From Candidatus Bathyarchaeota archaeon (GTDB lineage: Archaea; Thermoproteota; Bathyarchaeia; Bathyarchaeales; Bathycorpusculaceae), in the NCBI GenBank assembly GCA_963780185.1, contig CAWABA010000005.1, positions 96,001 to 160,000 on the forward strand: 64,000 bases of DNA. Direction: 5' to 3'. The first letter of the stretch is position 1; every line of letters begins with the position of its first letter. This document shows, piece after piece, positions 22,610-32,919 of this stretch. The notes under the pieces are model-generated. The model was not told the origin of the DNA. It was given only the letters and a program-made list of their open reading frames with translations, and did no database searches. A program made the position numbers and the translations under genes.

Positions 22610-24049
22610 TTAATGTGGAAGCATAACGGCTCCTACCCCTGAAGGAGGCATTCGCATGGTGTGTGCCACGGCTAGGGCTAGTGCCCAGGTCATGTCGTCA
22701 TGGCTATTCTGTGGATGGCTAAACTGTAGGTGCCCGTTTTTGGCGTAGGTGTATTGTTGCTCGTTCAGTTGCTGGCATAGGCGGTGGTGGTAGGGTATGG
22801 CTAGGCGGTTTTGTTCCATGGCGATTTTTAGGCTGCTGAGGAGTTCTTCTTTGGTTTGGATGGTGAATTTTATGCCTTCGACGTTGGTTAAGCCTTGGTT
22901 GTGCATTTCTTCAAGTATGGGTTCGCCGACGCCTGTCTGGTCTACGATGATGCGGTGGATGCCGTGGAGTTTCTGGTTTGCACGTACTAGGTGCCCTATG
23001 ACTTGGGTGTAGGGTGTGTCGAGGGGGAACTCGTAGAGGTAGATGAGTTTTAGGACGTCGTCTTCCCGTTTGAGGATGGCGATGACGCTGTAGTCTTGCA
23101 GTTTGCCGAAGTCGACGCCAGCGTAGTATTCTGCGTTGAAGAAGTCACGTTCAAGAGTTGGAGCCAACTCAACCCCCGACGCCTGAGCCAACTCAACGCA
23201 GCCGCGAATCAAGCTCTGGGGCAAGTAGCTGTTTAGGGCTTCAACGAACTCGGCTTCATACTCCATCAGATATTGCTCTTGAGTCATGTTTAGGCGCATT
23301 TCTTCCAAAAACTCCTTCGTCACCAGCGGGCACTCCTCCGACTTTACTTTGTGGATGCTGTATTTTGGGTTGGTGAAGGCTCGGTAGAAGAAGTGGTTTT
23401 TGTCCCAGGGCGTGCTGAGGAAAACCGCGTAGCCCTGCGTGGTTGTTAGCATGGGGAAGAGGACTTGGGTTATGACTTTTTCGCTGACCCAGCTGGCTTC
23501 GTCGCAGATTATCATGTTGGCGTTGTAGCCTCTTAGGCGATGTTCGCTGCAGGGCAATGCGATGATGCGGCTGCCGTTGTCGAATTGGACCAGCGTGTGG
23601 GTGACCCGTGCCAGTTTGCTTCTTAGCCGCGGCGAGGCGTAGACGAAGGACACGATGCGGTCAAACATTATCATGCTTTGGCGTAGGCTGGGGGCGGTGA
23701 TGAGCACGGTCATTTTGGGGTTGAGGTCGGCGAAGTGCAGGGCTTTCATGGCGATTGTAGTGGTTTTTCCTGTTTGCCTGCCCATGCATGCCACGATCCG
23801 TTTGCTCTTATCCTCCAAAAGATACGCCTGATACGGGTAAGGCTCCACTTCTAAAACTACTCTTGCGTAATCGACGGGTCCAGCTATCTGGACTTCTTCT
23901 TGGGCAATGATTTGTTTGACGGCCCATTCGACTTCTTCAAGCCTTCGAAACGTTCTTGCCTGCCGATAGCTGCGCCACCTGCGCTGTAAGCTCGTCAAGT
24001 TTCTTCTCAATCCTCTCCCATTTCTCATACCCCGCCAACAAAGGCGCAT
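22610..24049 (-). CDS. terL: Phage terminase large subunit, copy 1 (start uncertain)
   Basis: GRQTGKTT Walker A, IICDEA Walker B, STP motif, GVDFG and HDD nuclease residues. Confidence 0.88.
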   Translation of the reverse strand: MRLCWRGMRNGRGLRRNLTSLQRRWRSYRQARTFRRLEEVEWAVKQIIAQEEVQIAGPVDYARVVLEVEPYPYQAYLLEDKSKRIVACMGRQTGKTTTIAMKALHFADLNPKMTVLITAPSLRQSMIMFDRIVSFVYASPRLRSKLARVTHTLVQFDNGSRIIALPCSEHRLRGYNANMIICDEASWVSEKVITQVLFPMLTTTQGYAVFLSTPWDKNHFFYRAFTNPKYSIHKVKSEECPLVTKEFLEEMRLNMTQEQYLMEYEAEFVEALNSYLPQSLIRGCVELAQASGVELAPTLERDFFNAEYYAGVDFGKLQDYSVIAILKREDDVLKLIYLYEFPLDTPYTQVIGHLVRANQKLHGIHRIIVDQTGVGEPILEEMHNQGLTNVEGIKFTIQTKEELLSSLKIAMEQNRLAIPYHHRLCQQLNEQQYTYAKNGHLQFSHPQNSHDDMTWALALAVAHTMRMPPSGVGAVMLPH

Positions 24050-24374
24050 AATCCTTCGCCGCCTGGAAAATTATCCGAAGCCGCTCCAACGCCAACTTGT
24101 CAACTCTCTGTGTGCGGCATATTTGGTCGTAGGCGGTGCTGTACAATTTTACGATTCTATCGATGGTTAAAGCGTCGGCGGCGGGTTCCACGGGTTCGAC
24201 GGCGCTGGTGGTTTTAGCGGCGAGGAGTGCTTGAAACTTGATTTGCTTGCGGATGGCTTCATAGCTTCTGCTTGGGAGCTTGCCGCTAGCGTAGACCTCC
24301 TGAGCACCGAGTCCCTGCTCGATGAGTTCGCAAAGGACCTTGTTTTCTTCTTCACTCCAACGATTTCCACCCAA
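23937..24374 (-). CDS. Myb/HTH-like protein overlapping the terL start; candidate terminase small subunit
   Basis: RWSEEENKVL...RSYEAIRKQ HTH-like N-terminus, coiled-coil C-terminus, position directly upstream of terL. Confidence 0.55.
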   Translation of the reverse strand: MGGNRWSEEENKVLCELIEQGLGAQEVYASGKLPSRSYEAIRKQIKFQALLAAKTTSAVEPVEPAADALTIDRIVKLYSTAYDQICRTQRVDKLALERLRIIFQAAKDYAPLLAGYEKWERIEKKLDELTAQVAQLSAGKNVSKA

Positions 24375-24780
24375 AAATATTCCACCTGCAATCGGTTATT
24401 TACATATGTCACATGCATGAGTCATAGGTAAACATTATCGACAGCAATCCCACAAAAACGCAGCCACCGTTCCTCTCGACCTACGTCACTGTAGACACTA
24501 AACCGCTCACTTATTTGCTCCCAGAGGTTATAGACCAAAACTCTTCCATCAAACCCTGTCCTCTCTCCCTGACGAGATGAGCCGCTGGACTACTCGTAGA
24601 GGTAAAATATCTAATTCGGCAATAATCAAAGTTCCGAATACGCAGGCACCAAGAAAATCACCAAACATTCCATTAACAATTACATCAGGAAAAATATTGT
24701 TGTTTTGGTGAGCGGTTTTTCGATGTCTAACTATCACATCAACAGAGAAAACAGAAAGAATCAAAGGCACTCTTCGGTGG

Positions 24781-25488
24781 TCAAAGATTGGAAATTGTTA
24801 TGTTTAGCGGTGCTGTCTGAAAGTTTGGCGGTGTAGTCTGAATCGGGTATGGATTAGCATATCCAAGTTCGCCTATAATGTAGTACGCCCCAGATGGAAC
24901 TTGATTAAGTGGAGGAATTGGGGGTGTCATGTCGCTTTCTTGTGTCCAGATAAGATTTCGTGTATAGCTTTGGTTCGGAGCCAAAGTTACGTTCACGTCA
25001 TTAAGTGGATATGCTCCGAGTTCCCACATGTAAACTGCGTTGTTTGTGCTGTTGTAAACTTGGAAGTTGAAGTTTGAATCTCCGTTCTGATTGATGAAAT
25101 TTAGAGTTTGGTTGCTTACGTTTGTAATTTCAAAAGTTATTTCCACTTCCTCTCCTACCGCAAACGTGGTTTTATCTGCCATGAGCGCAATGGACAGTTG
25201 GAACCCGTTGGTTACGGCGCTCAACGCTGTGATGTTGTTATCCTCGCTGACGGTTTGATTCGGTTCAGTAGTTTGAAGTGGTGTCGGAGTAGGTGTTAGG
25301 TTTGGTTGAGGTGTTGAAGTTTGAAGTTGTTCACCTAACAGGGTGGTTGGAGCAGGGGTTGAACCATCTATCCCTGCGTTGAAAAAACCACTTGTAAAGC
25401 CCGCTACTATACCTATTAGAATTATTACTGTTACTAAAACAGCAATTCCAATATTTCTTTTAAAATGCAGGTTTTTCGGAGTTGACAA
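24781..25488 (-). CDS. Membrane-anchored protein with a Thr/Pro linker and a BsuPI/Ig-like domain
   Basis: N-terminal TM, PTPTP linker, NFQVYN...VYMW...TLAPNQSY. Confidence 0.6.
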   Translation of the reverse strand: MSTPKNLHFKRNIGIAVLVTVIILIGIVAGFTSGFFNAGIDGSTPAPTTLLGEQLQTSTPQPNLTPTPTPLQTTEPNQTVSEDNNITALSAVTNGFQLSIALMADKTTFAVGEEVEITFEITNVSNQTLNFINQNGDSNFNFQVYNSTNNAVYMWELGAYPLNDVNVTLAPNQSYTRNLIWTQESDMTPPIPPLNQVPSGAYYIIGELGYANPYPIQTTPPNFQTAPLNITISNL

Positions 25489-25613
25489 TTATCACTCGTC
25501 TCCTAGATATTATTACGTTAGGTCTACGAATTTACACATTATGGTTAAGCATTGCACTATCTTATAATTCTATAATTTAGAACACCAATTTCCAATTAAT
25601 TTCCGCTTGATTC

Positions 25614-25643
25614 TTGACTAAGCTTAGTCAAAGTTTCTTGACT
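25614..25643. repeat. TTGACT-N6-AGTCAA multi-box site, copy 1
   Basis: TTGACT AAGCTT AGTCAA AGTTTC TTGACT; overlaps the stop codon of 25628-26254. Confidence 0.75.
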
Positions 25644-26254
25644 GAGACCCTTCGATGTCTAACTATCACAGCAACAGAGAGCACAGCAAGAAGCAAGGGC
25701 ACAATCACCAACGCAGACAACTCAGGAACGGAGGTCATTGGGGTAACTGTTGGTGTTGAGGTATCTAACGCGGGGGTTGGAGAAGGAATAGGAGAGGTTT
25801 CATTGTTTATTGAGAAGTAGATTGTGTCAGCCCAGGTGGCGGTGTAGTTGCCGCTTCCAATGGGGGTTTCCTTGAATGGCGCTCCTGGTGGGTTCTCCCA
25901 GCTTAGGTAACCTGTTAGGTAAGCTCTCTCAAATACCGTTAATCGGTGCGAACCGTTAGTTAACATGGGAAGATGAATATTTCCCATATCCGTCAAAAAG
26001 ATTGGTTCTTCGCCGTTTCCATCGATGCTGTAGCTAAGTTCAATGGGCATTGCCACATTTGGGTCGAGGTTTGTGCTTATGGTTAATGTCAGATAATTGC
26101 AAGTGTAGGTTTCATTAAGGGGCGAGAACACTGTTACTCCTCCTGAAAAGTGTATGGGGCTGCCTGAGTCTGCTATTGCGGCGGGAATGCCCACTGCGAA
26201 TGAAACCGCTGTTGAGCAAAGAAGCAGCGTCATCAACGCATTTTTCAGCCTCAT
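25628..26254 (-). CDS. Secreted protein with a VPEL-TM-basic C-terminal anchor (PEF-CTERM-like)
   Basis: Signal peptide; ends SVPELSALVIVPLLLAVLSVAVIVRHRR. Confidence 0.7.
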   Translation of the reverse strand: MRLKNALMTLLLCSTAVSFAVGIPAAIADSGSPIHFSGGVTVFSPLNETYTCNYLTLTISTNLDPNVAMPIELSYSIDGNGEEPIFLTDMGNIHLPMLTNGSHRLTVFERAYLTGYLSWENPPGAPFKETPIGSGNYTATWADTIYFSINNETSPIPSPTPALDTSTPTVTPMTSVPELSALVIVPLLLAVLSVAVIVRHRRVSVKKL

Positions 26255-26400
26255 GTCGCAACACTCTGACGCAATCCAACGTCACGTTGAATTACACAAA
26301 ATGGGAGATATTACTCTTCGCAGGGAACAGTCTGTTCCTCGAAAAGAACAATTAAAACTATGCCCGAACAGGGATAGTTAAAGATTTTTAACTTATGTTT

Positions 26401-26580
26401 CTGGCGTCCTGAGCCTGAGGCGGGCAACTGTAGGAGGCGTCTAATTCCTGAAATGTATTATGTGCGTTCGCCTGAGTGAAGATGGGGAAGGCGGGGCTTG
26501 GACCAACTGTTGTTGAATCCCGCCGGCGGTGTCTGTTGTCAGGTTGACGGGAAGCCTTCCACGGAGAACTCTCCCCGCCA
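26401..26580 (+). ncRNA. Candidate structured ncRNA (unclassified; strand uncertain)
   Basis: GC-rich island with several hairpins and a three-arm cloverleaf closed by GGCGG/CCGCC ending in CCA. Confidence 0.35.
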
Positions 26581-26973
26581 AAAGCGCCCATACGCGACAA
26601 TAACTTTAACATAGGCACTATGTTGAAAGTCGCATCCGCCCATCCCAAATGGGCAGCCCACAACGCAATTCAAGCCCCAAACCAAAAAAGCAATCAAAAA
26701 CGCAAAAAGCCACGGGGGAAAGTCTCAACTTTCACCAAAACAAAAGTCTCAACTTAAAAATATCTGCAAAACCCAAAACAAAAAACCCAAAAAATAACCA
26801 ATCAAACCAAAAAACGAAAATATATAGACTATAAAACCGTCAATTAGGCATGCATTCGTCATTTTTGATGGAAAACTGCTTCAGGGAATCTGCTTGTTTT
26901 CTCTTCCTTTATGTGCGATATGTTTTATAGTTAGGAGTTTGAAATCCGTTAGGTATTGGAGGGGGAATGACAC

Positions 26974-27432
26974 ATGAGTGCAAAATGGCGTAGAAGCGCA
27001 AAACACCGTAAATGGCTAGATTTTAACGGCCAAACAGAGAAAACCAGCAAACCGAAAATGACCAGACCCGAACATGCTTACCGCATAAAAGCTATACCTG
27101 TTCCACCAAGCTTTCGACCATCCAAAAACTTTAGCGAACGCAAATTCCAAGAACAAAAACCACTCATAGACATACTAGAGGAAAACAGCTTCATAACGGT
27201 TGTAGCCGAAATCACAGGGTTTAATAAGGATACCCTCAAAATTCATGTGAAAGACCAGAAAATCACGCTGTCGGCAAAATCGAAAGACCGCAGATACTAT
27301 AAAAGTTTAAATCTGCCGAAGGTAGTGATTCCAGACGTCATGTACACCAAATTCAAGAACGGTGTACTGGAAATAAAGCTAAGAAAAGCTGAAACAGCAA
27401 TAAACAAAGAAGCTGACCAAAATGCCGCATAA
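26974..27432 (+). CDS. Hsp20/alpha-crystallin family protein
   Basis: PLIDI, VVAEITG, FKNGVLEIKL. Confidence 0.85.
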   Translation: MSAKWRRSAKHRKWLDFNGQTEKTSKPKMTRPEHAYRIKAIPVPPSFRPSKNFSERKFQEQKPLIDILEENSFITVVAEITGFNKDTLKIHVKDQKITLSAKSKDRRYYKSLNLPKVVIPDVMYTKFKNGVLEIKLRKAETAINKEADQNAA

Positions 27433-27835
27433 ACTAAGAAAAATAAGAAAATTTAGAGGCTCAAGAACGGTAGGCTACGGTAGGATAGGCCAGCACCGAG
27501 ACTCTGGGTCAAAAGGGCACCGAAAAGTTGGACGCCACAAACACTTGTGGAGCTACGTTGTAACCCATGAACCTGATTACTTCGGCAAAAACGGATTCAC
27601 ATCACCAAAAAGCCTTCACACCATAGACAACCCCATTAACCTAAGAAAACTTGAAGAACTCGCACAAACAAGCCAGCAAATTAACCTGACAGAATTAGGT
27701 TACACAAAACTTTTAGGTTCAGGAAAAATCACAAAAGCCTTAACTGTGCAAGTACCCTCTTACTCGAAATTAGCGGCGGAAAAAATCAAAAAAGCAGGCG
27801 GAGAAATCGTAGGCTCCCAAGTTAACGGAGAGTAA
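27422..27835 (+). CDS. rpl15: 50S ribosomal protein uL15
   Basis: RGSRTVGYG, YFGKNGF, KLLGSG, EKIKKAGG. Confidence 0.95.
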   Translation: MPHKLRKIRKFRGSRTVGYGRIGQHRDSGSKGHRKVGRHKHLWSYVVTHEPDYFGKNGFTSPKSLHTIDNPINLRKLEELAQTSQQINLTELGYTKLLGSGKITKALTVQVPSYSKLAAEKIKKAGGEIVGSQVNGE

Positions 27836-27844
27836 AGCTGCTAA

Positions 27845-29272
27845 ATGCCTGGAAGATTTCTCAGTCTCTTCAAGCCGATTGGACGAGTTCTACCCGAAAT
27901 CAAGAAGCCTGAGAGAAAAGTAAGCTTCAACGAGAAAATCTTCTGGACAGGTCTCACCTTAGTTATTTTCCTTGTAATGTCCCAGATCCCACTTTACGGG
28001 ATTTCATCATCCGTTTCCTCTTCATTTAGTCAACTACGAGTAATCTTTGCCTCTAACAACGGAACCCTAATGCAGTTAGGCATCGGACCAATCGTCACAG
28101 CTGGCTTAATTCTCCAGTTGCTTGCAGGTTCCTCAATTATCCAATGCGACATGTCAAACTCTGAGGACCGCGGCTTATTCACTTCCGCCAGCAAAGTGTT
28201 CAGCATCCTCCTCACAGGCATCCAAGCCGCAGCATACATCATAAGCGGCATGTTCGGGTCACTCACAGGCTCAACAGCGCTAATAATCTTCTTCCAACTT
28301 CTCGCAGCCGGACTCATGGTCATGCTTATGGATGAACTTATCCAGAAAGGCTGGGGTCTAGGCAGCGGAATCAGCCTCTTCATCATGGCAGGAGTAGCCC
28401 AATCAGTAGTTTGGGACATGTTTTCGCCGGCAACAGGATTGTTCATCGGATCACTCAACGCATACCTAAACCACGGTATCTCACTGGTAACTTGGATAGT
28501 TGGTCTTCGCTCCGGCGTGTACCCATCTTTACTAGGGTTCTTCGCCACCGTAGCAGCGTTCTTAATAGTTATCTATCTTAACGGAGTAAGAATTGAGCTT
28601 CCGATGAGTTACGCAGGCTACAAGGGATTCCGAAGTAGATACCCAATTAAACTGCTGTACGTGTCTAACCTGCCAGTTATCTTTGCGTCAGCGTTGTTCG
28701 CCAACGTTTACTTCTTCACACAACTGCTCTGGAGCCAAATGGGCAGCCCTCAACCTTCAGCACACAATCTCCTCTTCACGATAATAGGACAGTTTAACAC
28801 GACAGTTTCAAGTACCGGTGCCGCAAACGTTGCACCCGTAGGCGGACTCGCATACTTAGTGACCGCGCCAGCTAACATTCAACAGGTTGCCCTTGACCCC
28901 ATAAGAGCCGCTTGCTACCTAGGCATCCTCGTCGCCTTCTGCGCTGTCTTCTCCCTAATTTGGCTCGAAGTCGGCGGCTTAGGCCCAGCAAAAGTTGCGC
29001 AGCAACTCATGGATTCAGGCATGCAGATCCCAGGCTACCGCAGATCAGGAAGACCCATCGAAGCCGTCCTTAAACGTTACATCCCCGTAGTCACGGTACT
29101 CGGAGGCATCATCGTCGGACTCGTAGCGGCAAGCGCAGACTTCTTCGGCACCTTCGGAACGGGAACAGGCATATTGCTGTCAGTAGGCATCATCTACCAA
29201 TACTACGAACTGCTAATGCAAGAACGTGCCGCAGAAATGTACCCAGCCTTCAGAAGAATCCTAGGCGAATAG
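27845..29272 (+). CDS. secY: Preprotein translocase SecY
   Basis: GTLMQLGIGPIVTAG, GSGISLFI, YPIKLLYVSN, IPGYRR, GTGILL. Confidence 0.97.
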   Translation: MPGRFLSLFKPIGRVLPEIKKPERKVSFNEKIFWTGLTLVIFLVMSQIPLYGISSSVSSSFSQLRVIFASNNGTLMQLGIGPIVTAGLILQLLAGSSIIQCDMSNSEDRGLFTSASKVFSILLTGIQAAAYIISGMFGSLTGSTALIIFFQLLAAGLMVMLMDELIQKGWGLGSGISLFIMAGVAQSVVWDMFSPATGLFIGSLNAYLNHGISLVTWIVGLRSGVYPSLLGFFATVAAFLIVIYLNGVRIELPMSYAGYKGFRSRYPIKLLYVSNLPVIFASALFANVYFFTQLLWSQMGSPQPSAHNLLFTIIGQFNTTVSSTGAANVAPVGGLAYLVTAPANIQQVALDPIRAACYLGILVAFCAVFSLIWLEVGGLGPAKVAQQLMDSGMQIPGYRRSGRPIEAVLKRYIPVVTVLGGIIVGLVAASADFFGTFGTGTGILLSVGIIYQYYELLMQERAAEMYPAFRRILGE

Positions 29273-29450
29273 CATAATTTCGTTGTCTAACAAGGCTTTT
29301 CTTCTATTTTCCTAATTCTTGTTTTCTTAAATTGCTGTGACCGATGTTAATTTTGGGGTTTTAACACAAATCTTATAAGTGCTTTTTGCTAAGAGAAAGG
29401 TCAGAGCAAGGGCTCGATACTTTTGCTCAAAAAAGGAGAGAAAAGAAAAA

Positions 29451-32054
29451 ATGAATGTTTTTAAAAATAAAATAGCTATTGCAATCGCCACATTCTTAAT
29501 AATTCTGATGTTAACTCCAATGCTTATGGTACCTTCTGCTAGCGCACATACACCTGCATGGCAAATCACCACTTACGCGTGGTGTGCCGCTGCACCAAAT
29601 CCCTGCGGGGTCGGTCAGACAATGCTGATTTACGGGTGGCTTGACTTGGTAATACAAGGAGCACTTCTGGTCAACAACATTAGATTCCAAAACTATCAAT
29701 TCACGATTACAGAGCCCAACGGACAAAACGTAACAAAGACGTTTCCCACAGTCGTCGACTCAACATCATCACAATACTTCAGCTTCGTACCTGACCAAAC
29801 TGGAATCTACACAGTATACTTCAATTTCCCAGGCCAAGTCTACAATTACGGCGGCGCCTACCAAGGCGACTACTACACACCAGCCAGCGCAACAACAACA
29901 TTCACAGTCCAACAGAACCCAATCCCATCAATCTCAGCACCCCCGCTTCCAACTGCCTACTGGACCAGACCAATATACGCAACAAATGACTTAATGTCAA
30001 ACATTGCCTCAAACTGGCTCGGCGGCGCAGCCGTAGCTAATTCCTGGCAACAAAACGGAGCAGCACCCAACAGCGCCCACATAATGTGGACAAAACCCCT
30101 TGAATACGGCGGCTTAACAGGCAACAGCGTAACTCAAGCAGGCAACACAGCATTAGCAAACGATACAATACCCACGTTCTACTCAGGATTCTCATACAAC
30201 ACCCGATTCAATAGTCCAATGATTGTTGCAGGAGTCCTTTACTATCAAGAACCCAACGGAGAAGCTGGTTCAGGCGGACCCGAAGTTGCAGTTGACCTAA
30301 CTACAGGACAAACACTTTGGACTAGCACAACACTATACCCAACTAAAGCACAAATGGTCGACATCCAGATACCGAACCAAGAAGGAGTCGTCGGAGCCAT
30401 CTTATGGGTAACCGTCGGCACCACATGGGAGGCATTCAACGCTTTCACTCAGCAGTTCATGTTCAACCTAACAGGTGTTCCTTCAGGCACAGAAGTTTAC
30501 GACAACCAAGGCAACATACTGCGTTACGTCCTTAGCTACAGCACAACCACAAAATCCGGGTGGCTCGCATTATGGAACGACACCGCAGCAATGACAAGCC
30601 CGCTTAATGGTGCACCTGCAGGTTCAGCAGTCGCAGGCATCGCGTTCTTCCCAGTACCCAACGCTGCAGGATTCCAAATCAACGCAAGCGCACCTTACGC
30701 CTATTCATACAACGTAAGCGTCACAGCCAACTTAGTTGCAAACATTTCGCCAACCATCGTCGGGGTTATTCCTAACCAAGTAATCCTCGGATACAGCAGT
30801 GCTGTCGGCTTAACTTCGCAAGCGGCACCGAACACAAATCCATGGACAGTTTGGGCTCTAAGCGACGTACCAGGACAACAAGGACAACTCTTATGGCGTC
30901 AGGATTACCCAGCACCGCCCGGCAACCTCACTGAAATGATGGCGACACAGCCAATCGACCCAGTTACCAACGAGTGGACCATGACTTACTTTGAAACTGG
31001 ACAACGACTTGCCTACAGCCTAGCAACCGGAAAGCTAGTTTGGGGACCAAGTGCACAATCGCAATACGGATTCCAATACTACAGCGCAAGATCAGGACTG
31101 CCCGCATACGGCAACCTCTACGTATCAGGGTACGGAGGCGTAGTCTTCTGCTACTCAATGCTCAACGGCACACTGCTATGGACTTACGGCAACGGCGGAG
31201 AAGGCAACACCACCAACATGGGCAACAACGGACCATGGGGACTTTACCCAACACACGTCGCAGCTTTCGCCGATGGAAAAGTCTACACCATGTCAGGTGA
31301 ACACTCACCGAACACACCTCTCTACAAAGGAGAACTAGCTCGCTGTCTTGATGCCTTCACAGGAAAAGAAATCTGGACACTCTCAGACTGGTCAGCATCA
31401 GGACTCGGCACTTCTATGGCTCCAGTGGCAATTGCTGACGGATACTACACATTTGCCAACGCCTACGATGGCCAAGTGTATTGTGTCGGCAAAGGTCCAA
31501 GCGCCACAACCGTAAACGTGCAAGACAATGTTATCTCACTGGGAAGCAGCGTACTAATACAGGGCACAGTCATGGACATATCTGCAGGCACAAAACAAGC
31601 CACAGTAGCAGCCGATTTCCCGAAGGGCGTTCCCGCAGTATCAGACAACTTTATGGGCTTATGGATGTCCTACGTTTACCAGCAGCAGCCACGGCCAAAT
31701 AACGCAACCGGAGTAACCGTTAACTTGACAGTTTTCGACCCTAACAACAACACAGTAAACATCGGACAAGTAACCAGCGGCTCAAACGGCATGTTCACCA
31801 AAGCATACACACCCGACGTCCCAGGAGTCTACACCATCTACGCAACCTTCAGCGGCACAAACTCGTACTACTCATCATACTCAGAAACCTCAATCAACGT
31901 CGGACCCGCACCAGCAACAACCGCACCAACAGCCACACCGATGGGCAACGTAGCTACACAAACCACGCTCGAATACGGACTCGTCGCAATCATAGTCGTC
32001 ATAATCATAATCGGCGCAGTACTTGCAATCCTCACCACAAGAAAACACGCATAA
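29451..32054 (+). CDS. Large secreted PQQ-binding-like beta-propeller surface protein with a C-terminal TM
   Basis: Signal peptide, repeated D/S-x-x-TG-x-x-x-W blades, Thr/Pro linker, C-terminal TM; family abundant in Bathyarchaeia. Confidence 0.8.
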   Translation: MNVFKNKIAIAIATFLIILMLTPMLMVPSASAHTPAWQITTYAWCAAAPNPCGVGQTMLIYGWLDLVIQGALLVNNIRFQNYQFTITEPNGQNVTKTFPTVVDSTSSQYFSFVPDQTGIYTVYFNFPGQVYNYGGAYQGDYYTPASATTTFTVQQNPIPSISAPPLPTAYWTRPIYATNDLMSNIASNWLGGAAVANSWQQNGAAPNSAHIMWTKPLEYGGLTGNSVTQAGNTALANDTIPTFYSGFSYNTRFNSPMIVAGVLYYQEPNGEAGSGGPEVAVDLTTGQTLWTSTTLYPTKAQMVDIQIPNQEGVVGAILWVTVGTTWEAFNAFTQQFMFNLTGVPSGTEVYDNQGNILRYVLSYSTTTKSGWLALWNDTAAMTSPLNGAPAGSAVAGIAFFPVPNAAGFQINASAPYAYSYNVSVTANLVANISPTIVGVIPNQVILGYSSAVGLTSQAAPNTNPWTVWALSDVPGQQGQLLWRQDYPAPPGNLTEMMATQPIDPVTNEWTMTYFETGQRLAYSLATGKLVWGPSAQSQYGFQYYSARSGLPAYGNLYVSGYGGVVFCYSMLNGTLLWTYGNGGEGNTTNMGNNGPWGLYPTHVAAFADGKVYTMSGEHSPNTPLYKGELARCLDAFTGKEIWTLSDWSASGLGTSMAPVAIADGYYTFANAYDGQVYCVGKGPSATTVNVQDNVISLGSSVLIQGTVMDISAGTKQATVAADFPKGVPAVSDNFMGLWMSYVYQQQPRPNNATGVTVNLTVFDPNNNTVNIGQVTSGSNGMFTKAYTPDVPGVYTIYATFSGTNSYYSSYSETSINVGPAPATTAPTATPMGNVATQTTLEYGLVAIIVVIIIIGAVLAILTTRKHA

Positions 32055-32138
32055 ACCAAAAAAACAAAACAACATTTCCCTTTTTTTAATTTTTTTAAGC
32101 TCTTCTAAAAGTAAGCTTGCTTTCTGTGTTTTTGCCTT

Positions 32139-32549
32139 TTAGGGTTTGATTGTCCAGCCTTTCTTGTTTAGGATTTCTTGCACTGCGGGTAGGTCTTCTG
32201 CGAATCTGATGTGTCGGCAGCTGCTGGATTGGCAGTAGTCGCACCATACGCTTTCGGGTTTAAAGTAAACGTCTATTATTCTGCCGTTTGTTGTTTTGGT
32301 GGCTAGGGTTCGGTCGAGTATGCGGACTCCTTCTTCGTCTACGTTGAAGTGCTCCAGCGGAGGCTGGGGCGGCGGGGGCTGTGTGGCTTGGAGTTCTTCG
32401 AAGCGTTTTCTTATGGCTTCTTTTATGAATTCTGATCGGCTTTTGTATCCTCTTGTTCCGCGTTTGATGATTTGGTCTATTTCTTCCATTAGCTCTTTGG
32501 GTAGTCTTACGGTTGTGTAGTCGTCGCTGTTGGGTTCTTCAGAAGACAT
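32139..32549 (-). CDS. Ribbon-helix-helix regulator with a C-terminal CxxC...CxH metal-binding domain
   Basis: YTTVRLPKELMEEID...SRSEFIKEAIR; WCDYCQSSSCRH. Confidence 0.8.
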   Translation of the reverse strand: MSSEEPNSDDYTTVRLPKELMEEIDQIIKRGTRGYKSRSEFIKEAIRKRFEELQATQPPPPQPPLEHFNVDEEGVRILDRTLATKTTNGRIIDVYFKPESVWCDYCQSSSCRHIRFAEDLPAVQEILNKKGWTIKP

Positions 32550-32705
32550 GTTTGTCACTTGTGATTCATGTGTGAGTTATAGATTTAAGGTTTTTTGTTT
32601 ATACTTGTCGGATGCTGTGGGTTTGGTTTGCTGGCGTTTGAGCGTTTGCTGTTCGCAACGCCTATATGTGACCCACGACATGCATGTATCAACAGTGACA
32701 CAAGG

Positions 32706-32861
32706 ATGGCAAAAAAAGACTGGGTCACCGTAAAAATACCCAAACAACTCGCAACCCAAATCGACCAAACCCTCAAACACAAAAACCGCCCCCACCAATC
32801 CCGAGCCGAACTCACCCGCGAAGCCATCAAAGCCTACCTCGCAACCCTAAACCCCCAATAA
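32706..32861 (+). CDS. Small ribbon-helix-helix (CopG-like) protein
   Basis: MAKKDWVTVKIPKQLATQID...SRAELTREAI. Confidence 0.75.
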   Translation: MAKKDWVTVKIPKQLATQIDQTLKHKNRPHQSRAELTREAIKAYLATLNPQ

Positions 32862-32919
32862 CCCTGCCTCCCAGTGTCGCCTTCCTTTCGCCGCCTTTGA
32901 GTGGTGTCGAGTTGATTCT

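Noticed and set aside
26491-26580. tRNA (GCGGGG...CCCCGCCA)
   Set aside because: No correctly placed D-loop, T-loop or 7-nt anticodon loop; kept only as an unclassified RNA candidate
26719-26756. Direct repeat AAAGTCTCAACTT x2
   Set aside because: Only two short copies in A-rich low-complexity sequence; no supporting context
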